Of a stretch of 40,841 bases of DNA, positions 17,183-26,596 are shown piece after piece. Position 1 is the stretch's first letter, and each line of letters opens with the position of its first letter. Both the position numbers and the translations under genes were made by a program. This DNA is from a virus (lineage: Duplodnaviria > Caudoviricetes). Location: positions 1 through 40,841 of IMG/VR virus record IMGVR_UViG_3300005261_000007; one strand, 5' to 3'. The notes under the pieces are model-generated. The model ran no database searches, had not been told where the DNA came from, and saw only the letters and a list, made by a program, of their open reading frames with translations.

Positions 17183-17381
17183 TAAAAAGGTACAGGCAGC
17201 ACCACCGCCTCCGCCACCCCCGCCTCCGCCCCCGGTACTTGCCTCTCCGGAAGACACCACGGGTTCGGATAATGCAGCAACCACCAAGGCTTCCCAGACG
17301 GCACGCTCCAAGTTGCGTATTGACTTGGACCCGGTGGCCGCAAGTTCTCCAACTAGCACGGGGCTGGGTATCCCGGCCTAA
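17172..17381 (+). CDS. Small virion-associated protein (position of T7 gp6.7/gp7.3)
   Basis: MCG start, poly-Pro tract, C-terminal SKLRIDL...GLGIPA; immediately before the portal. Confidence 0.7.
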   Translation: MCGSKKVQAAPPPPPPPPPPPVLASPEDTTGSDNAATTKASQTARSKLRIDLDPVAASSPTSTGLGIPA

Positions 17382-17386
17382 GCTGA

Positions 17387-18949
17387 TTGGCTGAGAAGTC
17401 CCAGGAGACAGCGAAAGCTAGATTCTCCAAGCTGGAGTCACTGAAGAACCCCTACTTGATCCGAGCTAGGGAATGCTCCACGCTAACAATCCCCTCCCTG
17501 ATTCCCCCGCAAGGGGCTACGGGCTCTACCAAGATGCCCACCCCGTTCCAATCGCTAGGTGCCCGAGGGGTCAATAACCTAGCTGCCAAGCTCCTTCTGG
17601 CTCTGCTGCCTCCCAACTCCCCGTTCTTCCGGCTGGTCATTGATGACTACATGCTGGAGAAGCTGGCTGGTCGGGAAGGTGCCCGTGCTGACATCGAAGA
17701 AGCCCTGGACAAGATGGAGCGGGCAGTAATGACAAAGGTGGAGACTGGTAACACACGGTCCTCCATGTTTGAGGCAATGAAGCATCTGCTGGTTGCCGGT
17801 AATGTCCTCCTGTTCGTCCCCAAGGAAGGTGGCCTGAAGGTATTCCGCATGGATCGCTACGTGGTCAAGCGGGACCCTATGGGCAACGTCCTGGAAATCA
17901 TCACCAAGGAAAACATCTCCGAGATGGAACTGCCGGAAGAAGTGCGCCGGGTACTCTCAAAGGAAGATAAGGCCGAAGGTGAGTCCAGCGCCGAGGACAT
18001 CGAGGAGCTTTACACCCGCGTCGTCCGCTCTGAAAAGGGCTGGGATGTCTATCAGGAGTGCGAGGGGATGATTATCCCGGGCACTGAGGGCACGTACCCT
18101 AAAGACAAGTCACCGTGGCTTGCCCTGCGATTCATCCAGATTGACGGCGAAGACTATGGCCGAAGCTACGTTGAGGAATACCTGGGCGACCTGAAGACTC
18201 TTGAGGGTCTGACCAAGGCAATCGTCCAGGCATCGGCAGCAGCCGCTAAGGTCCTCTTCCTGGTGAAGCCGAATAGCACAACCAAGATGAAGACCCTGGC
18301 AGAGTCATCTTCAGGGGACATCAAAGAGGGCAATGCAGAGGACGTTACGGTTCTCCAGATGGATAAGTTCGCTGACTTCCGAGTGGCCTACGACACCATC
18401 AAAGAGCTGAAGGACGCCCTGTCATTCGCCTTCCTTCTCAACTCTGCAATCCAACGCAATGGCGAACGGGTGACCGCTGAAGAAATCCGGTACGTGGCAA
18501 ACGAACTGGAATCCTCTCTTGGTGGCATCTACTCGACTCTCGCCCAAGACTGCCAGCTACCTTACCTGAAGGTGGTCATGGCGGGTATGGAGCGGACAGG
18601 GGACCTTCCGGTACTTCCGAAGGGTTCCATTAAGCCGACCATCACCACGGGTGTGGAAGCGATTGGACGAGGTAACGACCGGACGAAGCTGGCCGGGTTC
18701 CTCCAGGACATCATGCCACTTGGTCCCGAGGTCATCCAGAACGAGATGAATGTTGGTGACTACATCAAGCGCATGGGTGCTGCCCAAGGCATTGACATGA
18801 AGGGACTCATCCCGACCCCTGAAGAGAAAGCCCAGAAGGCGGAGGAGCAGCAGCAGCAGATGATGATGCAGCAGCTTGGTCCAAATGCAGTAACGCAGTT
18901 CGGCGGCATGATGAAAGATGCCATGTCCGGACAACAACCAACCCAATAA
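17387..18949 (+). CDS. gp8: Portal / head-tail connector (T7 gp8 homolog)
   Basis: QSLGARGVNNLAAKL, PFFRL, DGEDYGRSYVEEYLGDL, ERVTAEEIR, LGGIYS. Confidence 0.96.
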   Translation: MAEKSQETAKARFSKLESLKNPYLIRARECSTLTIPSLIPPQGATGSTKMPTPFQSLGARGVNNLAAKLLLALLPPNSPFFRLVIDDYMLEKLAGREGARADIEEALDKMERAVMTKVETGNTRSSMFEAMKHLLVAGNVLLFVPKEGGLKVFRMDRYVVKRDPMGNVLEIITKENISEMELPEEVRRVLSKEDKAEGESSAEDIEELYTRVVRSEKGWDVYQECEGMIIPGTEGTYPKDKSPWLALRFIQIDGEDYGRSYVEEYLGDLKTLEGLTKAIVQASAAAAKVLFLVKPNSTTKMKTLAESSSGDIKEGNAEDVTVLQMDKFADFRVAYDTIKELKDALSFAFLLNSAIQRNGERVTAEEIRYVANELESSLGGIYSTLAQDCQLPYLKVVMAGMERTGDLPVLPKGSIKPTITTGVEAIGRGNDRTKLAGFLQDIMPLGPEVIQNEMNVGDYIKRMGAAQGIDMKGLIPTPEEKAQKAEEQQQQMMMQQLGPNAVTQFGGMMKDAMSGQQPTQ

Positions 18950-18962
18950 CCGAGAGGTTCAT

Positions 18963-19214
18963 ATGGCAGATGCCGTTCCGGTCAATCCGGTAGAAGATGT
19001 AGCAGCACCCGAAGTAGCACCGAAGGCCCCGAAGAAGGGTGCCTCCGCTGGTATCACCGCTGATGTCCTGGCCGAAATCAAGGCCCAGGTCAAGGAAGAA
19101 CTCCGTGCCGAGATGGCCCCGCAAGTCCCGGTAGTTGAGCTGGGTCCGGATGCCTTCAAGGTCAAGGGCGGCGTCAAGCTGGAATCCCACGAAGCCCGCC
19201 GCGAGGACTTCTAA
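18963..19214 (+). CDS. Hypothetical protein (83 aa)
   Basis: GAGG RBS; TAATG overlap with the scaffold gene. Confidence 0.7.
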   Translation: MADAVPVNPVEDVAAPEVAPKAPKKGASAGITADVLAEIKAQVKEELRAEMAPQVPVVELGPDAFKVKGGVKLESHEARREDF

Positions 19215-19969
19215 TGCCGGGTGAGAACCAGGAAGTAGTAGCCCCGGTTCCAGGCTCCCCGGAGTACGAAGCCGCGATGGCTGCCAAGGTAGATGACAGT
19301 GCCGCAAAGGCCCTGGAAGCTGCTGAAGGTGCCCCGCTGGCCGCCCCCACGGAAGCCTCTGAAGAAGCCGGTGAGAAGGCCAAGCAAGAAGGTGAAGGCG
19401 AACCTGTAGAGGACGCCAACAAGAAGTCTGAAGGTGAAACTGAAGACGCCCAGAACGAAGCAGAGAAAGCAGTAGAGGCCGCTGGATTCGACTACTCCAA
19501 GCTGCAAACGGAATGGGAAAACGGTGGGCTGACTGAAGAGAGCTACAAGGCTCTTGAGAAGGTCGGCTTCTCCAAAGAAATCGTGGATCAGCATATTGCT
19601 GGACAAGAGGCTCTTGCTGCTCTCCACGTGATGCAAGCTGAAGAAACTGCCGGTGGTAAGGAACAACTCGCCGCCATGCAAGTGTGGGCCAAGTCGTCCA
19701 TGTCTGAAGCTGAAATCGCCGCCTATAACAATGCGGTGGTTGGTTCCAAGGAAGAGATGACCCAGGCGATTCTTGGTCTTCGCTCCCGCTACGAGGCTGA
19801 GTATGGCCGCACCCCTGGTTTGCTGGGTGGTCGCAACGCCAACACGGCCCCCGCTGGTTACGCCTCCCGTGCAGAAATGACGGCTGAAATGCGTGACCCG
19901 CGTTATGCCAAGGACCCGGCATTCCGGGCCAAGGTAAGTGCAAAGGTTGCGGCTACCACCGCCTTCTGA
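19214..19969 (+). CDS. gp9: Capsid scaffolding protein (T7 gp9 homolog)
   Basis: Acidic; LTEESYKALEK, AGGKEQ...WA, GYASRAEMTAEMRDPRYAKDPAFRAKV. Confidence 0.9.
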   Translation: MPGENQEVVAPVPGSPEYEAAMAAKVDDSAAKALEAAEGAPLAAPTEASEEAGEKAKQEGEGEPVEDANKKSEGETEDAQNEAEKAVEAAGFDYSKLQTEWENGGLTEESYKALEKVGFSKEIVDQHIAGQEALAALHVMQAEETAGGKEQLAAMQVWAKSSMSEAEIAAYNNAVVGSKEEMTQAILGLRSRYEAEYGRTPGLLGGRNANTAPAGYASRAEMTAEMRDPRYAKDPAFRAKVSAKVAATTAF

Positions 19970-19971
19970 GC

Positions 19972-20214
19972 ATGAGTACCAATCTGGTAGGTGCCTCCGT
20001 TAATGCGAGTGGCACCAAGATTGCAGCCGCTAAGTCCCTTGGTACGGGTGTGCTTAACACCGCCAGTAAGGACAACGACCCGAATACCGTAGTGCCGCAC
20101 GGCGCGATGGTCATCCCGGTCAAGGCAGCAATCAACATGGGCATCCTGCGGCGCAATGCTGCGGGGACGCTGGAAGAACTCAATCCGGCCCAGCCCTATA
20201 CCCGTCAAGGGTAA
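19972..20214 (+). CDS. Hypothetical protein between scaffold and capsid (80 aa)
   Basis: ATG 2 bp after the scaffold stop; small-residue-rich. Confidence 0.65.
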   Translation: MSTNLVGASVNASGTKIAAAKSLGTGVLNTASKDNDPNTVVPHGAMVIPVKAAINMGILRRNAAGTLEELNPAQPYTRQG

Positions 20215-20362
20215 GTAGTCGATGCCCCTCTACGGGGCCTAGCAAGTCCTGGTGGTTACCTCCCAAAGAGCCCACCAGGCACCTCCCTTTGCCCTCTGGC
20301 TGATTACCAGAAGGGTCCCTCTAGCGGTGCAACGCCGCACACAATCGAAAGGCAATACCCGC

Positions 20363-21307
20363 ATGGCAAATGCAACTCAACTGGCTGTCGGCCAAGTAAA
20401 TGGCGCTGGCGCAACTGATGCTCTGTTCCTGAAGGTCTTTGGTGGCGAAGTTCTGACCGCCTTCGAAGAGGCCAACAAGGTCATGGACAAGCATACCGTC
20501 CGCACCATCTCCGCCGGTAAGTCGGCTCAGTTCCCGGCCACCTGGAAGGTTGGCGCTGGTTACCACACTCCGGGTGCCGAAATCGTCGGTCAGACCTCCA
20601 ACGTGTCCGAGCGTGTTATCACGATTGATGACCTGTTGCTGGCCTCTGTGTTCATCGCCCTGATTGACGAAGCGAAGAACCACTACGATGTCCGCTCGAT
20701 TTACTCGAAGGAAGTTGGCCGTGCCCTGGCCTACCAGTGGGACAAGAACGTTCTCCAAACTGGTGTCCTGGCTGCCCGCGCTGCTGCTACCGTAACGGGT
20801 GCCAACGGCGGTACGGCTCTGACCTCCGCAACCACGCTCTACAAGACTTCCGCCGTTGATCTGGCTGCTGGCATCTATGCCGGTGTCCAAGCGATGGACG
20901 AGAAGGACATTCCGGAAGAAGAAGAAAAGTTCGCTTTCGTTCGCCCGGCTCAGTATTACCTCCTGGCGCAATCTACCGCCCTGCTGAACCGTGACTGGAC
21001 CTATGGTTCGGCTGGTAACTACGCAGACGGCAAGATTCTCCAAGTCGGTGGTGCCCAAATCGTCAAGACCAACCACTTGCCGATCACCTCGATTGCCACC
21101 GGCCCGACTGCCTACCAAGGCGACTTCACCAAGACCGCCTGCCTGCTGATGACCAAGCAAGCTGTGGGCACCGTGAAGCTGTTGGACCTGGCCCAGGAAA
21201 TGGCCTACGACATCCGCCGCCAAGGCACCCTGATTGTGTCCAAGTACGCAGTTGGTCACGGCATCCTCCGTCCGGAGTGCGCTGTTGAGCTGAAGACGAC
21301 CGCTTAA
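20363..21307 (+). CDS. gp10: Major capsid protein (T7 gp10 homolog)
   Basis: ALFLKVFGGEVLTAF, RTISAGKSAQFP, VITIDDLL, YDVRSIYSKEVGRALA, KYAVGHGILRPECA. Confidence 0.97.
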   Translation: MANATQLAVGQVNGAGATDALFLKVFGGEVLTAFEEANKVMDKHTVRTISAGKSAQFPATWKVGAGYHTPGAEIVGQTSNVSERVITIDDLLLASVFIALIDEAKNHYDVRSIYSKEVGRALAYQWDKNVLQTGVLAARAAATVTGANGGTALTSATTLYKTSAVDLAAGIYAGVQAMDEKDIPEEEEKFAFVRPAQYYLLAQSTALLNRDWTYGSAGNYADGKILQVGGAQIVKTNHLPITSIATGPTAYQGDFTKTACLLMTKQAVGTVKLLDLAQEMAYDIRRQGTLIVSKYAVGHGILRPECAVELKTTA

Positions 21308-21330
21308 TAGGTCCCAAGTAGCACCCCCAC

Positions 21331-21368
21331 AAGGCATCTCTAGGTTCTTCCTGGAGGTGCCTTTTTTT
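21331..21368 (+). terminator. T-phi-like terminator after the capsid gene
   Basis: AGGCATCTCTAGG / CCTGGAGGTGCCT followed by a T run. Confidence 0.85.
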
Positions 21369-21385
21369 CGTCCTGAGAGTACCCA

Positions 21386-21964
21386 ATGACAACCATTGCA
21401 CTGACCTCTGAGCTGGACGCCGTTAATACCCTTCTCGCTGCTATCTCCGAGTCTCCTATCAACACCCTTGAGGTCACCGGCCTGGCTGATGTATCGGCTG
21501 CCCGTAAGACCCTGGACGAGATCAGCCGGGAGGTCCAGCTAGTGGGCTGGCACTTCAACACTGAAGATGACTACCCGCTCCCCCGAGATGCATCCAACAG
21601 GATCACCCTTCCGGCCAACACCCTGAAGTGTGTCATTACCAGCTCCAGCTCTACCGACATCACCCAGCGGGGCCTCCGCCTCTACGACAAGACGAACCAC
21701 CGGGACACCTTTACCGAGGACCTGAAGGGACGCCTGACGGCCTGCCTACCGTGGGATGAGCTACCCCAGGTCGCCCGCCACTTCATCATGGTTCGGGCTG
21801 CCCGCGTGTTCCAGGCCCGCACCTTGGGCTCTGACTCGCAGTTCCGCTTCTCCGAGAAGGAGGAGGCAGACGCCAAGAAGTCCCTGGCGGAAACTGAAGG
21901 CGAGACAGGCAACTACAACCTCTTCACCGGCAGTTACTCTGTGACAGCCATCATGGAGCGGTAA
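21386..21964 (+). CDS. gp11: Tail tubular protein A (gp11 homolog)
   Basis: SELDAVNTLLAAISESP, REVQLVGWHFNTE, RGLRLYD, WDELP...RAARVFQ. Confidence 0.93.
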   Translation: MTTIALTSELDAVNTLLAAISESPINTLEVTGLADVSAARKTLDEISREVQLVGWHFNTEDDYPLPRDASNRITLPANTLKCVITSSSSTDITQRGLRLYDKTNHRDTFTEDLKGRLTACLPWDELPQVARHFIMVRAARVFQARTLGSDSQFRFSEKEEADAKKSLAETEGETGNYNLFTGSYSVTAIMER

Positions 21965-21965
21965 C

Positions 21966-24005
21966 TTGAGTCGCGTTAATAAGGCTGTTGAGTCCCTGTT
22001 CAACGGGGTCAGCCAGCAGCCTGCACAGCTCAGACTTTCGAGCCAATCCGAAGCCTCCGAGAACTTCTATCCGACCATCGCTACTGGCCTAAATAAAAGG
22101 CCCCCTACGCGATTCAAGGCGAAGCTCTCCAGTTCAACCGATAAGACCGCCTACACCAGCATCATCAACCGGGACCTCTCCGAACGGTACGTCCTGATGA
22201 TACGCAATGGGGCCTTGGAGGTCTTTGACGCCATCACCGGAACACAGAAGACTGTCAATACCCCCAACGGGGTGGCCTACCTGTCATCCACCTCGCCATC
22301 TACGGACTTCTCAACAGTAACCGTAGCGGACTACACGTTCATCGTGAACAAGTCGAAGACAGTGGGGTACGCCTCCACGACCTTCCCAGGTGGCCTCTCA
22401 GGGTCCGTGCAGGTTTTCTCCAACCTATCCGCCACCGCCGCCGATGGGGCCATCTTCTACATCTCCTCACAGCCAGGTTCATCCGGCAAGGGCTACTACG
22501 TCAAGTACCAGGCAGCTAACAATGCCTACGTTGAGTGCCCCGCCCCCGGCATCTACACGGAACTCGACCCGCTGACGATGCCCCACAAGCTGGTCCGGAA
22601 TGCAGATGGCACCTTTACCTTCGCGCCGATGACATGGACACCCCGCAAGGTGGGTGATTACGCCTCCAACCCGTGGCCGTCCTTCGTGGGCCGGAAGATC
22701 AACGATACGTTCTTCTACCGGAACCGCCTGGGCTTCCTCTCGGATGAGAACGTTATCCTTTCGACCTCTGGCGACTACTTCAACTTCTTCGCCAAGACCG
22801 TAACGGCGGTGACTGACGCGGACCCTATCGACCTGGCCGTAGCTAACACGAAGGTATCCATCCTCCGGTTTGCTGTGCCGTTCAACAAGGTCCTCCTACT
22901 GTTTGCCGACCAGACGCAGTTCCAGCTCACGGCAAACGATGTCCTTACGCCCAAGAGCGTGAAGGCGGAGCCTGTGACCGAGTTCGTATGTTCCGCCCTG
23001 TGTCGTCCTGTAGGGGCTGGGCAGCAACTCTTCTTCGCCTCCAATAAGCCGAACGCTACGTCCATCCGGGAATACTTCGTCCAGCAGGACTCCTTCACGA
23101 ACGACGCGGCAGACATCACTTCCCACGTACCCAGCTACATCCCAACAGGCATCTATCACTTGGCCGTCAGTACCACCGAGGACACGCTGTTCGCCCTCTC
23201 GACTGCCGAGCGTAACGCGATGTATGTCTATAAATACTATTGGGGTGCCCAGGAGAAGGTCCAATCGGCCTGGTTCAAGTTCATCTTTGATCCTGGCGAT
23301 ACCGTTCTGGGGTGTGAGTTCGTAGGCTCTGTTGCCTACCTTGTCATTGCCCGCTCCGATGGTATCTACCTGGAAGAGATGGCGATGCAGGCAGCGGACA
23401 CCGATGTGGGCCTCCCGTTCCCTGTGCTGTTGGACCGTAAGGTATTCCTGACAGGCACCTACAACGCTGGCACGAATACCACCACCTGGACCCTTCCGTG
23501 GGCGCCTGCCGGGGCTGTGGAGATGGTCCTAGGGGCATCCTATGGTAGCCGCGCTGGGTCCTCTTCTGGACTCACTGTGGGGGCTGGCAACACGGTAACC
23601 TTCCCAGGCGACTACAGCACCGGGCCGGTATATATCGGCGTCCGTTACAAGGGCCGCTTCCGGTTCTCCGAGCAGTATGTCAAGGACGCCAAGCAGCAGC
23701 CTATCGCTAGTGCAATCATCAAGATTGCCCGAATGATGGTGACGTATGCAGGCACCGGATACTTCCGCGTGGAGGTGACACCACCTGGCCGGGACACGAA
23801 CACCTACCTATTCACCGGGAAGACGCTTGGTGTAGCGGGTGTCCGCCTTGGCTACCCCGCCCTCGCAAGTGGCTCCTTCCGGTTCCCTGTCATGGCTTCC
23901 TCCAAGGGAGTCATCATCGAACTGGTCAATGACTCGCCTTTCCCCAGCTCCTTCCAAAGTGCCGAATGGGAGGGCGAGATGATCGTACCTTCCCAACGCA
24001 TATGA
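21966..24005 (+). CDS. gp12: Tail tubular protein B (gp12 homolog)
   Basis: GVSQQPAQLR, GLNKRPP, TVADYTFIVN, PSFVG, FFYRNRLGFLS, QSAW. Confidence 0.94.
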   Translation: MSRVNKAVESLFNGVSQQPAQLRLSSQSEASENFYPTIATGLNKRPPTRFKAKLSSSTDKTAYTSIINRDLSERYVLMIRNGALEVFDAITGTQKTVNTPNGVAYLSSTSPSTDFSTVTVADYTFIVNKSKTVGYASTTFPGGLSGSVQVFSNLSATAADGAIFYISSQPGSSGKGYYVKYQAANNAYVECPAPGIYTELDPLTMPHKLVRNADGTFTFAPMTWTPRKVGDYASNPWPSFVGRKINDTFFYRNRLGFLSDENVILSTSGDYFNFFAKTVTAVTDADPIDLAVANTKVSILRFAVPFNKVLLLFADQTQFQLTANDVLTPKSVKAEPVTEFVCSALCRPVGAGQQLFFASNKPNATSIREYFVQQDSFTNDAADITSHVPSYIPTGIYHLAVSTTEDTLFALSTAERNAMYVYKYYWGAQEKVQSAWFKFIFDPGDTVLGCEFVGSVAYLVIARSDGIYLEEMAMQAADTDVGLPFPVLLDRKVFLTGTYNAGTNTTTWTLPWAPAGAVEMVLGASYGSRAGSSSGLTVGAGNTVTFPGDYSTGPVYIGVRYKGRFRFSEQYVKDAKQQPIASAIIKIARMMVTYAGTGYFRVEVTPPGRDTNTYLFTGKTLGVAGVRLGYPALASGSFRFPVMASSKGVIIELVNDSPFPSSFQSAEWEGEMIVPSQRI

Positions 24006-24460
24006 CAAAACCTGTGATTAGACCAGGGACGGTGGCAGATGCCATCTCCTTGGCCCCCAGGCTTCGGCCTGAAGACGCACTTGAAATCTCCTTGACCTCT
24101 GAAGACTCCCTGGAGAAGACCCTACTGGATTCCCTGGAGCAATCTACCGAGTGCTTCGCGGCAGAGGTGGATGGGCTGGTTATCGCAATGGGCGGCTTTC
24201 GCCTACTGCCTGGCCGTATTGGCATCCCGTGGATGGTGGGCTCCCCGGAGATTGAGGAGTATCCCGTGTCGATGGTAGCCGCTGGCCGGGTCGCTGTGGA
24301 TCGCTGGGCGTCCCAATGCGATGTCATGGCGAACGTAACCCACAAGGACAACGTGGTGCATCACCGCTGGCTCCGCCACATCGGCTTCACCTTCCTTCCG
24401 GAAGAGGTCCCGGTAGGCCCCCAGCGGGCACCCTTCCTTCAATTCTATAGGCACAGCTAA
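24002..24460 (+). CDS. gp13-like protein (internal virion protein A position, GNAT-like)
   Basis: LAPRLRPEDALE, PWMVGS, N.T..N....RWLRHIGF; syntenic. Confidence 0.78.
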   Translation: MTKPVIRPGTVADAISLAPRLRPEDALEISLTSEDSLEKTLLDSLEQSTECFAAEVDGLVIAMGGFRLLPGRIGIPWMVGSPEIEEYPVSMVAAGRVAVDRWASQCDVMANVTHKDNVVHHRWLRHIGFTFLPEEVPVGPQRAPFLQFYRHS

Positions 24461-24991
24461 ATGTGTTATCCACTCCTCATCATGGCAGCGGTAGCCGTGG
24501 TGTCGGCAGTTGCATCCGCCAAGCAACAAAACGATATGGCTGCCAAGCAGGAACAGGCTATTCAAGACGGCCTGGCGCGTGACCGGGAGGCCACCGCAGA
24601 GCAATACAAACAAATCCAGGCTACATCTATGGATGACCAGGCGAAGCTCCACACGGATTACCTGATTGATGCGGCCCGCATCCAGGCGATGCAAGGAGAG
24701 TCTGGTCTGCAAGGGGCCTCCCAGGACCGCGTAACGGCAGAGGCAGACAACAACTACGCCACCGATGCGGCAACGCTTGAAATCAACCGGCAACGCCAGA
24801 TGACCTCCGCGAAGACTCAAGGGGTCGCCCAGCAGTCCCGAGCTAATGTGCAACTAGCTGGCATCAAGTACCCGAGCAACGTAGGGACCGCCCTCCAGAT
24901 TGCTGGAACAGTGGGCAGTATCTACGCTGCCGGTCAGTCAGGAGGGACGAAATCCTCTTCCACCACCGTTGCTTCCAACTCAGGGGGCTAA
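24461..24991 (+). CDS. Internal virion protein B (gp14-like)
   Basis: MC start, hydrophobic N-terminus, Q/A-rich, GESGLQGAS; syntenic. Confidence 0.82.
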   Translation: MCYPLLIMAAVAVVSAVASAKQQNDMAAKQEQAIQDGLARDREATAEQYKQIQATSMDDQAKLHTDYLIDAARIQAMQGESGLQGASQDRVTAEADNNYATDAATLEINRQRQMTSAKTQGVAQQSRANVQLAGIKYPSNVGTALQIAGTVGSIYAAGQSGGTKSSSTTVASNSGG

Positions 24992-26596
24992 ATGCCGCGC
25001 TCAACTGAACAACGAATTACGGGACAGCCACAGCTAACCCAGCAGCAAGCAGGGCGCACGGTGCGGGCCGGGGTGGTTGCCTCCGCCTCTGATAACGTAC
25101 CCAGCTACATCCCAGACATGCGGGACCCTTCCCTGGATGCCTTCATCACGGGCCTCTCCAAGATCAACCCGGCGCTCCAGCAATGGAAACAACAGGATGA
25201 CGAGGGGCAGGCTTCCCGTGGGGCTGTGGATCGTCAGTCAGGCAAGGACGCGCAGGAGTCGGGTAATGCCTACAAGGCCGCCTACTTCGGCACCGATGGG
25301 CTTGTCCGTGGTCAGCAGTACGGGGCGGACCTCGTTACCCGCTATAACACCGAGTTTGACAAGGACAAGGGGGACCTGGAGGGGTGGCTGCGAGACACCT
25401 ACCAGACGAACCTCCAAGGCATCACCGATGAGCATTACCTTCAGGGCTACCAGAAGGGTATCACCCCCGCCTTCCAGGCTATCCGAGGTGCCCACCTGGA
25501 GTACCAGAAGAAGGCTGTGGAAACCCGCGTGGAATCCAATGTGATGCAACTCCTGAATGGCGGCATCCGTGCCTACACCAGCCAGGGGCAGCCTATCCCT
25601 GACGGCTACATCGAGGCCATCCAGGATCACGTAGGGAAGAACCTGGGCGTCAGCCAACAACGCTTCGGTGAGTTGCTGTTCGATACCGTCAAGCGGGTGG
25701 GCGATGAAGGCCACTTTGAAGCCTACGATGTCCTCAAAAAGGACCGCCCAGACGGGACTCCAGGGATGTACTTTGATCCCAAGTGGAAGACCCAGATTGA
25801 TAACGCGGAACTCCACTCCTTCACGCTATCCCAGGAGATGGCGAAGAAGGCCCGTGAGCAACGTTACAACACGCAGCTCTACAGTGTCTTCTTGGAGGAG
25901 GACCCGAAGAAGGCCCAGGCGATGTTCCGCGAGATGAAGAAGTCCGACCTCTTCAAGGGGGACACGGAAGGGCTCATCAAGTGGGAAAAGCTCATCACCG
26001 AGAAGGTGGATGGGAAGCCGGATGGCATCCAGTTGGACAACGAGGTCCAGATGCTTGCCAAGATTTACGAAGGCAAGGTGTCTCCAAAGGATGTCCTTAA
26101 CGCCCGTGGTAGTGCATCTATCACCTCCTCCCAAGGGAAGTACCTCCTGGGCGAAGTCCGCCGGGTGGAGAACGAGCGGGCAACCCTGGCAGCAGCCCAA
26201 GGAAAAGCGGACGAGGCTATCTACAAGACGAAGGAGTACGCGGACGCTAAGGACTTCGTGGCGGGGATGCTGCAGCCGACTCCGAAAGACCCTAACAATT
26301 TCTCCATGCGTTCTGCCCAGCAGCTTGAGTTTGAGCGGGCTAATGGCGTACTTGCCCAACGCGAGTTCTTTACAGGACTCAAGGGTAAGTCCCAGGCAGA
26401 GATTCAGCCGTTCGCCGAGGAGATTGTGAAGCGCTACAAGTCCAGGCAGAAGGAATACAACGAGTCGCAGCAGACGGCTGTAACTGAGAACCGGGTCCCA
26501 TTCAAGAGCCTGGCTGAACTCCGAGAGGTGGCACACACCCTGTCACCAGCGGAAATCCGCCTCTACACACAACACTTAAAGAACCAAGGAAAATAA
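24992..26596 (+). CDS. Internal virion protein C (gp15-like)
   Basis: 534 aa, helical; called by synteny. Confidence 0.75.
   Translation: MPRSTEQRITGQPQLTQQQAGRTVRAGVVASASDNVPSYIPDMRDPSLDAFITGLSKINPALQQWKQQDDEGQASRGAVDRQSGKDAQESGNAYKAAYFGTDGLVRGQQYGADLVTRYNTEFDKDKGDLEGWLRDTYQTNLQGITDEHYLQGYQKGITPAFQAIRGAHLEYQKKAVETRVESNVMQLLNGGIRAYTSQGQPIPDGYIEAIQDHVGKNLGVSQQRFGELLFDTVKRVGDEGHFEAYDVLKKDRPDGTPGMYFDPKWKTQIDNAELHSFTLSQEMAKKAREQRYNTQLYSVFLEEDPKKAQAMFREMKKSDLFKGDTEGLIKWEKLITEKVDGKPDGIQLDNEVQMLAKIYEGKVSPKDVLNARGSASITSSQGKYLLGEVRRVENERATLAAAQGKADEAIYKTKEYADAKDFVAGMLQPTPKDPNNFSMRSAQQLEFERANGVLAQREFFTGLKGKSQAEIQPFAEEIVKRYKSRQKEYNESQQTAVTENRVPFKSLAELREVAHTLSPAEIRLYTQHLKNQGK

Noticed and set aside
17201-17234. 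CCG/CCA repeat as a regulatory or mobile repeat
   Set aside because: It encodes the poly-Pro tract of the small virion protein with mixed codons.
18807-21337. Long minus-strand ORFs (378 aa and 338 aa; likewise 2115-3050 and 28987-29817)
   Set aside because: Antisense shadows of GC-rich genes with strong codon bias; no motifs, and fully overlapping well-supported genes.
21280-21385. T7 10A/10B-type capsid frameshift extension
   Set aside because: No slippery sequence seen; TAATAG double stop is followed closely by the terminator and gp11.
23795-23815. ACCTACCTAT as an additional late promoter
   Set aside because: It lacks the GTAAA upstream half and the terminal AG, and lies inside gp12 coding sequence.
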